From positions 1 to 42,818 of the forward strand of contig JAGRBM010000369.1 of assembly GCA_020434085.1 (NCBI GenBank): a DNA stretch of 42,818 bases. The letters are read 5' to 3'. The stretch comes from Chrysiogenia bacterium (lineage in GTDB: Bacteria; JAGRBM01). The notes under the pieces are model-generated. The model saw nothing but the letters and a program-made list of their open reading frames with translations. It had not been told where the DNA came from and did no database searches. Both the position numbers and the translations under genes were made by a program. Of this stretch, positions 31,001-40,000 are shown piece after piece; the first letter of the stretch is position 1, and the number at the start of each line of letters is the position of its first letter.

Positions 31001-34000
31001 CGGGTATCGACAACTTGAGTGCAAGCCTTTCCATTGCAGATGATGTGGCCAACGGCGCCGACGCCAATGCGGCCGACAATACCGATTCCTCGGTCTTGCC
31101 GGTGGTCGATGCCGCGCCCGACATGGCGATCACTGTGAGCGGTCCGGGCGGCAGCGCCCAGCCCGGTGACACGCGTGTCTACACGGTGACCTATCAGAAT
31201 CTGGGCAATCAGGATGCCACGGGTGTCACGCTCGAAATGACCGTTCCGGCGGGTACACAGTTCAATCCGACCGGCAATCCCGGCTGGATCTGCGCCCCCG
31301 ACGGCAGCGCGGGCAGCACCTGCACCTTCCTGGTCGGAGGCGTGGGCGCCGGCGATCCGGCAGTCGGCGTGGCCTTCACGGTGGACGTGCTCGGCGCAAT
31401 CGGCACGGGAATCGAGCTCATCGACCTGGGCGGCTCGGTCATGGACGATGGCGCCAACGGGCCCGATACCGGTGGTGGCAACAATGGTGACAACGACGAT
31501 GGCACCAGTATCGACGCGGCCTCCGATGTGGCGCTCAGCCTGAGCGATGGTGGCGCAATGCCCGGTCCCGGCGCGAGCGTGAGCTACATAGCCGGCTACG
31601 CGAACAACGGCGATCAGGATGCCGGCGACGTGCGCCTGTCTTTCATGGTTCCGGCCAATACGACCTTCAACGCCGCAATGAGCGATCCCTCCTGGAACTG
31701 CATACCCTCGGCGGCGGCAGGCAGTGCGTGCGAGTTGATTGTGGGTGCGCTGGCCTCGGGTGGTTCGAGCATGGCCGCCATTGTGCTCGATCTTGACGAT
31801 CCGATTGCAGCCGGTGTTGCCGATATCACGCTCACTGTGAGCGGCACTGATGCTGTCTCGCCCGATCCCGAGCCCACGCCCGCCGACAACAGCGCGAGCG
31901 TGATGACCCCGGTGCTTGCTGCGCCCGACCTCTATGTGGACGTGAGCGATCCGGGCGGCAATGTCACCCTTGCGCCCGCAATGACGGGCGGGGCGATCTC
32001 CTACACGATCTCCTACGGCAACAGTGCCGGCATGGGAACGCAGGCCGCGACAGGCGTGGCTCTTGCGGCGGTGGTCCCCGCCGGGACGAGTTTCTCCGAT
32101 GCCGACACGGTGGCAGCATGGGCTTGCGTGCCCGGTAGCAGTGCGGGAAGCACCTGCACGTTGAGCCTGGGCGCGCTCGCATTGGGGGCCTCCGGCAGCG
32201 CGGACTTCGTGCTACGGGTGGACAATCCGGTCGAAGCAGCAATCGAGAACGTCGTCCTGAGCGTGAGCATCGCCGACGACGGCGCGAATGGCGCGGACGT
32301 CGATGGTGGCAACAATACCGATACCTCGACGACGACCAGCATTACTGGCGCCCCGGACCTGCGCTTTGATGTGGTGGGGCCGGGCCTGACGGCGTCACCG
32401 GGTGAGGACATCATCTACTCACTTGAGTATGAGAATGTGGGTACCCAGGATGCCGCCGGCGTGTTCGTTTCGATGACCGTCCCGGCAGGAATGGTCTTCA
32501 ACCAGACGCTGAGCCCGGCGGGGTGGGCGTGTTCGCCCGATCTCAATGCCGGTGCCACGTGCATCTACAACGTTGGCGCCGTGGGCGCGGGCGATCCGGT
32601 CGCCGCGGTTCCCTTCATCATCACGGTTCCTGCGATCGTGGTTGCCGGAGTGGGTCCGGTCATTCCGGTAGGCGGTTTCATCGCCGATGACGGCAACAAC
32701 GGACCCGACCTCGCGCCTGCCGACAATGTCGATACGGACAGTGGCACCAGTATCGACGCCGCGCCCGATCTCTCGCTGATGCTCTCGGACGGCACAGCCT
32801 CTCCGGTGGCCGGCGGCAGTGTGATCTACACCATCAATCTTGAGAACCTCGGCGATCAGGATGCCACGGGGCTGGTCGTCACCGAGACCGTTCCGGCGAG
32901 CAGCACCTTCAGTGGCGGGGCGAGCACGCCCGGTTGGGTATGCATGGGTGGCGGCGGCGCCGGCGATACCTGCACCATTGCCATTGCGACGCTGAATGCG
33001 GGCTCGAGCGCGTCGCTGAGCTTCGCGGTGGTTCTCGACGCGACCTTGCCCGCGGGGCTCGATGAAATCGTAAATACTGCAAGCATTGTCGACGACGGCA
33101 TGGGCGGCAGTGATTCCGACGCCATGAACAACACCGATACGGTGAACACTGTGGTCGGCGCCATGCCCGACCTGGTTGCCGGTCTCGACGATGGCGGCGC
33201 CAGCGCCGCGCCCGGCGACACGGTGACCTACACGGTGAGCTGGCAGAACAACGGTACCCAGGGTGCAACCGGCGCGAGTGCCACCATCGCGATTCCGCTG
33301 AACACCACCTTCAACGCAGGGATGAGTGACCCCTCCTGGAACTGCTTCCCCAACGGGAACCCGTTGAGTGTGTGCACGCTGCCCATTGGAGCCGTCGCTT
33401 CGGGTGATTCGGGTATGGCGAGCTTCGCGCTTACCTGGAGCAACCCCATGCCGGCGGGCGTCGATGAGATCATTGTGAGCGCAAGCGTCTTCGACGACGC
33501 AGCCAACGGCGCGGATACCATCCCGGCAGACAACACCGCGCAGGATGCGACGCCGGTCATCGCGGCGCCGGACCTTGGTATCGACATTGACAACCCGGCC
33601 GGTCCGCTGGCTGCCGGTGGTACACTGCTCTTCGAGATCGCCACGGCCAACGGCGGCAATCAGGACGCGACCGGCGTGGTGCTGAGCGCCACGATTCCGG
33701 CGGGCCTTGAGTTCGATGCCGGAGCAAGCGACGCGCTCTGGTCGTGTGCGCCCAGCGCGACAACCGGGCCCGCATGCACGCTGAGCCTCGGAGCCTTTGA
33801 CGTGAGCGATCCCACCGACCAGCGCGACTTCGCGTTGCGCGCGCCCGATCCGCTGGTCTCGGGCCTCGATGATTTCACAGTGAGCGTGAGTGTGGCCGAC
33901 GACGGCGCCAATGGTGCCGACTCCAATGCTGCGGACAACACCGATACAAGTGCCAGCGTGAGCTTGGATGCTGCGCCCGACCTGCGGGTGACAGTCACGG

Positions 34001-37000
34001 GCCCCGGTGGCAGCGCCGAGCCCGGTGATACTCGCGTCTACTCCGTCACCTATGACAACGTCGGCACGCAGGACGCCACCGGCGTGGAACTCACCTTCAC
34101 AGTTCCACCGGGTACAAGTGTCCAGACCGGAGCGAGCCCCGGCTGGGTGTGCTTGCCCGATGCGAGTGCCGGCAGCACCTGCACCTACGCGGTGGGAACG
34201 GTTGGTGCGGGTGATCCCGCTGAGTCGCGCACCATTGCCCTCGACGTGCTCGATCCGGTGCCCGCCGGCGCGCACATAATCGACCTGACGCTGGATATCG
34301 GCGATGACGGTGCCAATGGCCCCGACGAGAACCCGGTCGACAATTCCTTCAACGAAACCGACACCGCCATCGATGCCGAGCCCGACCTGGCACTGTCCAT
34401 GAGCGGGGACGTCGCAACCGTGATGCCCGGCGGCGCAGTGGTCTACACCCTCGACTACGTCAACAACGGCGATCAGGACGCCACCGGCGTCGTGCTGACC
34501 GAGACCGTGCCCGCCAACACCGCCTTCAACGCCGGCGCGAGCACAGGGGGCTGGATGTGCCTGGTCGCCGGTGCGGCGGGCGATACGTGTATATTGAACA
34601 TCGGTGCTCTGGGTTCGGCTGCGATGGGAAGCGCCGATTTCGCCGTGGACGTGATCGCTGTGGCGCCCGCAGGGGCGGATAGCCTCTCAAATACGGCAAG
34701 TGCGGCCGACGACGGCGGCAACGGCGCCGAGCCGACGCCCGCCGACAACATGGCGATGGTGGAGACCACCCTCGACGCCGCGCCCGATCTCTCACTGAGT
34801 CTTGACGATGGCGCCATGAGTGCGGCGGCCGGTGGGGCGATCACCATTGACGTCATTGTGGACAACGCGGGTGACCAGGACGCGACCGGCGGCATGTTGA
34901 ACTTCACCGTGCCCACCGGAACGACGTTCAACGCTGGATTGAGCGCCATGGGCTGGAACTGCATGCCCGACGCCAACGCCGAGGCGAGTTGCACCCTTGC
35001 ACTGGGTGCTCTCAGCGTGGCCGGCACACCCGCCGCGTCTGTCACGATTGTGCTGGACGTGGATAACCCCGTCCCGGCCCTGCTGGAGTCGGTGACCACC
35101 ACGGTCAGCCTCGGCGACGATGGTGCAAACGGCGCCGACCAGATGCCTGCCGACAACGCGGCCGGTATCACGACCCCGGTGGACGCCGCGCCTGATTTCT
35201 CGCTCTCCAAGAGCGATGGATCGGCCGCACCGCTTCCGGGCGAGGTGGTCAGCTACATGCTCAATTATCAGAACACCGGCGATCAGGACGCGGCCAGCGT
35301 CACTCTCTCCGAAGTCGTTCCTGCCAATACGAGTTTTGAGACGGCCTCCAGCACGATGGGCTGGATCTGCGTGCCCGATACCAGTGCCGGCAGTGCCTGC
35401 ACGCTGAGCGTGGGCGCCTTGGCAGCCTCGGCCATGGACAGTGCAGTCTTTGCCGTGCGCGTGGACGGCTCGCTCGTGGGCGGCATGACCAGTCTTTCCA
35501 ACACCGCCGGCGTAACCGGTGATGGGGTGGGACCGATTGCCTCCAACCCGGTTACTACCGAAGTAAACTTTGCGCCCACGACCATGAACGATGCGGCTAC
35601 GGTGCAGCAGGAGCGCGCTCAGCAAATCGACGTGCTGGGCAACGACCTGGACGGCAATGTCCCGCCCGAGGCCCTGAATATTGTCGCAGTGGAGACCGGT
35701 GATGCCGCCGCAGGTGGCAGCGTGAGCATCGATCCGGGCGGATTGACGCTCACCTATACACCGAGCATCGGCTTCACCGGCGTCGATACCTTCGACTATA
35801 CGGTCGCAGATCCCCACGGGGCGCAGGCGACCGGCACCGTCACGATCACAGTGGTGGGTGTGCTTATCACAGAGTCCGACGGGGAAACCCGCGTCTTCGA
35901 AGGTGCTCTACCCGAGTATGCGGACAGCTATGAAGTGCGGCTGACCAACTGCCCGAGTTCGCCGGTCAATATCGCCCTGTCCCTGGATGCGGACATTTTT
36001 GTGAGCCCGGCGGTCCTTAATTTTGCCTCTCTGGGCTGCGTCGGTGCACCGATTCCGCAGACGGTCAACATTCAGGGCGCGGTCGATACCATGATCGAGG
36101 GCGATGAGATCGCCACGATTACTCATACGGTGAGCAGTCTGGATCCGAACTTCGACGGTGCTCCCGCGGCCGATGTGGACGTACATGTCGAGGACGCCGA
36201 TCTGGTGGCCGATCCCGGCGAGGACCGCACGGAACTGCCCGGCCTGTTGCGCCTGGACGGTTCGAACAGCCATGCGCTGGGCGACCTGGCCCTCAACTTC
36301 AACTGGCAGCCGGTGAGCGGTCCCATGGTTACGCTCACCGGATCGACTGGGCCGCGCCCGAGTTTTGTAGCGCTTGAGCCCGGCAATTATGTCTTCCGTC
36401 TGACGGTTTCCATCGTTACGGGAGAATATGATTCCGAGGAAGTGACCATCACTGTCACCGATGTGCCGCCCATCGCGCGAATCTCGCGCAACGTCATGGG
36501 AGTTGCCTCGCCGCCGATGGAATCGGCAGGGATGGATGTCGGCGAGACGTTGCCGCTCTCGGGTCTGCTCTCGTCGGACGATAATCTGACGCCGATCGAT
36601 TCCTTCACCTGGCAGCTCGGAGACGAAGTACCCTTCGGGGCGGACATCAACGAAGTGCTCGACGATCCGTCTTCACCGACGCCGGTGTTCACGCCGCTGG
36701 TGAGCAGCGCACCGGTGCCGGGCCTCTACGAGATCGAACTTGTTGTCAGCTCTGACGGCACCGATTCCGAGCCCAGGCTCCTTCGCGTCTACGTGCGCAA
36801 CTTCGACGAGATGGATCTCGCTGGATCCGTGGTGGAGCCCGCGGCTGATGCTGGTGTGGACCAGTACGCTGGCGTTGCGAGCGTTTACCAGCTCAACGGC
36901 ACCGCCAGCCTGGATCCCGACTCGCGCCAGCAGGGAGCGGAACTCGAATACTCGTGGCGCCAGGAACTGGGCACCCCGGTCACGCTTTCGAACCCCGCGG

Positions 37001-40000
37001 CCATTTCGCCGAGCTTCGTGATTCCCTCGCAGGGGGCGTTTACCTTCTGCCTGGAAGTGCGCGATGTGCTCGACGATGACCTGCCCAGTATTGAAGACTG
37101 CGTGACCATCACGGCCTTCGATCCGGGTGCGAACTACGCACCGGTGGCGGTGCCGGAATTCGTGGATGTCGATGACGACAATCTCGATGGGCGGGTCAAT
37201 GTGGGTGAAGTCTTCACCCTTACGGGGATTAACAGCACCGATCTTGATGGTGATGCCCTCACGGCGAACTGGAGGCTAGTCGATGCGCCGGGCTTCCACT
37301 CCTTCTCCCCAACGCTCAATGAGACCGAAATCTCCATGATGCCCTTCGTCGAGGGGACTTACCTATTCGAACTGACCGTCAACGACGGCATGGCGAGCAG
37401 CGTGCCCGTGGTCCTACCGGTCCATGTGCTGCCGGTCGGCACCGATGCCGCCCTGGCGGTTGCCAAGGCGGAGGTCGAGGAGAACACCAAGCTGACGCTC
37501 AGCGGTATCGTTCCCTTCATGCTCGATGGGGCGGAAAGCATCGGGAGTGATGGGCTCACGAACGCAAATCTCGGATACCTGTGGCAACAGACCGAGGGTC
37601 CCACCGCGATCATCGAAGATGCCAGCGCAATGCTTCCGATCGTGACGCCCATCGTCTCGGGCTACTACTGCTTCGAACTGACGGTGCGCACGCCTGGTGG
37701 CAGTCAGGCACACGACGAGGTGTGTCTGGAGGTCGAAATCACCGGTGGGGAGACTCGTAATCTGATCCCCACGGCAGTGCCCAGCGGGCCGCCCTATACG
37801 CGCAAGGATGTTGCAGTCACGATCTCGGGTACGCTGAGCAGCGATTCGGCTGCTGATGCCGACGGCGTGACGGGCGTGGTCAACGGCCTTGGCCTTCGCT
37901 GGTCCCAGTGTGGCGGCGTGCCGGTTGTGCTCGATGACAACCCCTTCACGCCCACCTTCACGCCGCCCGAGGACGGGGAGTATTGTTTTGAGCTGGTCGC
38001 CGACGACGGCGAAGCACTCGGCCTGCCCCAGCGCATAAGCGTGCAGGCGATCCTGATTGGTGCGACAGGCGGCGGGGGCACCGGTGACTGCACGCTCAAT
38101 CCCTCGGCCCCGGCCGGTGGGTGGACGTTACTGCCGCTGCTCAGTCTGCTTATGCTCTTCTTCTGGGATCGGCGCCGGCGCGGGGTTGCGGTGGATTCAA
38201 AACGGGGTAGGGGAACCGGGCTGCTGGGCCTTGCGCTGTTGTTCGCTCTTTCACTGGCTGGCAATGCTCACGCGCAGGCAGACCTGGGATTCCAGGCCGA
38301 GCACTTCGATCCGCTGCCCTCGCAGAAGCACAACATTCTCAACATTTCGCGCAGCGAGCTGATTGCCGAGGGAAATTACTCCCTGAGCATCGTCTCGAAC
38401 TATGCGAACGATCAGGTGCAGTTCGCGGCCTTCATCAACCCGTTCACCATCACCGAGCGGCCGATGCACCACAAGTGGCAGAGCGACCTGCTGGCTTCTT
38501 ACGGCGTGTTCGACTGGGCGGAGATCGGCATTGCAATCCCCGTGGTTTGGCGCCAGTCGGGCGACCCGCTCACCCTGATCGGGATGCCCAATACCGAGCT
38601 CGACGGGGCGGCCTTCGGCGATATTCGGATCGTTCCCAAGGTCAATCTGATCGCCCCTGATGATGGAGAGGGCTTCGGCATGGCATTTCTGATGCCGCTT
38701 TTCATCCCCATCGGGAAAAAGAACTTCCTCGCATCCGACCAGTTCTTTCGCGTCGAGCCGCGACTGGTTGCCGACTGGACCTTTGCCAACAAGGCCAGCA
38801 TTGCCATCAACCTGGGCGTGCAGATTCGTCCGCAACGCACCTTACTTAATTTCGTGAGCAACGATGTCTGGCGCTGGGGCATCGGCATGGAAACCCCCCT
38901 TGATTACGACTGGATCAAGAACGCAACCGGCTTCGAGCATCTCGAAGACTGGCGCGTCGGCGTCACGCTGTTCGGAAATCAGCAGATTCAGGACAACGTG
39001 GACTTCGGGGACTTCTTCTCGGGCGGCAATACCTCGGGTGATGATCCCACGGAGTTCATGGCCATGGTGCGATGGGATTTCGAGCCCGACTGGATGACCC
39101 AGCTCGCCTTCAGCAGCGTGCCCAATTACGGCGTAGGCGCTCCCGATTGGCGCATTACCTGGGGCATTACTTTCGAACCTGCCGTGGAAGAGGCGAGGGG
39201 CCCGGTGGATACCGACGGGGACGGGTATTTCGACCCCGACGATGAATGCCCGCTTGATCCCGAAGACTTCGACAATTTTCAGGATCTGGAAGGATGCCCC
39301 GATCCCGACAACGATCAGGACACGATTCTTGACGTGAATGACACCTGTCCGATGGATCCCGAGGACATGGACCAGTTCGAAGACCTCGATGGCTGTCCCG
39401 ATCCCGACAATGATCAGGACACGATTCTCGACGTGGTCGACCGCTGCCCCATGGAGCCCGAAGACATGGACGGCTATCAGGATGAGAACGGCTGTCCCGA
39501 TCCCGACAACGACGACGACGGAATTCTCGATATCGCCGATTCGTGCCCGATGCAGCCCGAGGATCTCGACGGCTTCGAGGACGAGGACGGCTGTCCCGAG
39601 CCCGGCCCCCTGGCGGCGGCCCCGAAGAAGCTGATTGCGCTGGACAAGATCCAGTTCGAGACCGGCAGCGCCACCCTTCGCAAGGAGAGCTACCCGATTC
39701 TCGACGACATCGTCTCGCAGCTGGTGGCCAACCCCTACATCACCAAGGTGCGCATCGAGGGGCATACCGACAGCCGCGGCGGCGACGCCTACAACCTCCA
39801 GCTCTCCGAGGACCGCGCCTTCGCGGTGCGCCAGTATCTGGTGAACTCAGGAATCGACAGCTCGCGCCTGCTCTCAAAGGGCTACGGCGAGACCCAGCCC
39901 ATTGCCGACAACGACAGCGCCAGCGGGCGCGAGCAGAACCGCCGCGTGGAGTTCGTCATCCTGGCCATCGACGGAAAACCGGTGGAGGGAGTGGAGCAAT

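Noticed and set aside
22975-35565. Possibility that the regular DNA repeats are a CRISPR array or an assembly artefact of collapsed repeats
   Set aside because: There is no short identical direct repeat with unique spacers. The periodicity is ~380 nt and ~2.85 kb and lies entirely in one open frame. Repeat copies differ at many synonymous positions, which argues against simple mis-assembly, although long-read confirmation is still advisable.
16000-39765. Many minus-strand and alternate-frame ORFs inside the giant gene, for example 18865-20613, 21853-24570 (905 aa), 32419-34275, 34792-35817 and 38842-39765
   Set aside because: They are shadows of a strongly periodic high-GC coding frame. Their translations are Arg/Gly/His-rich, and their repeats are merely mirror images of the DUF11 repeats.
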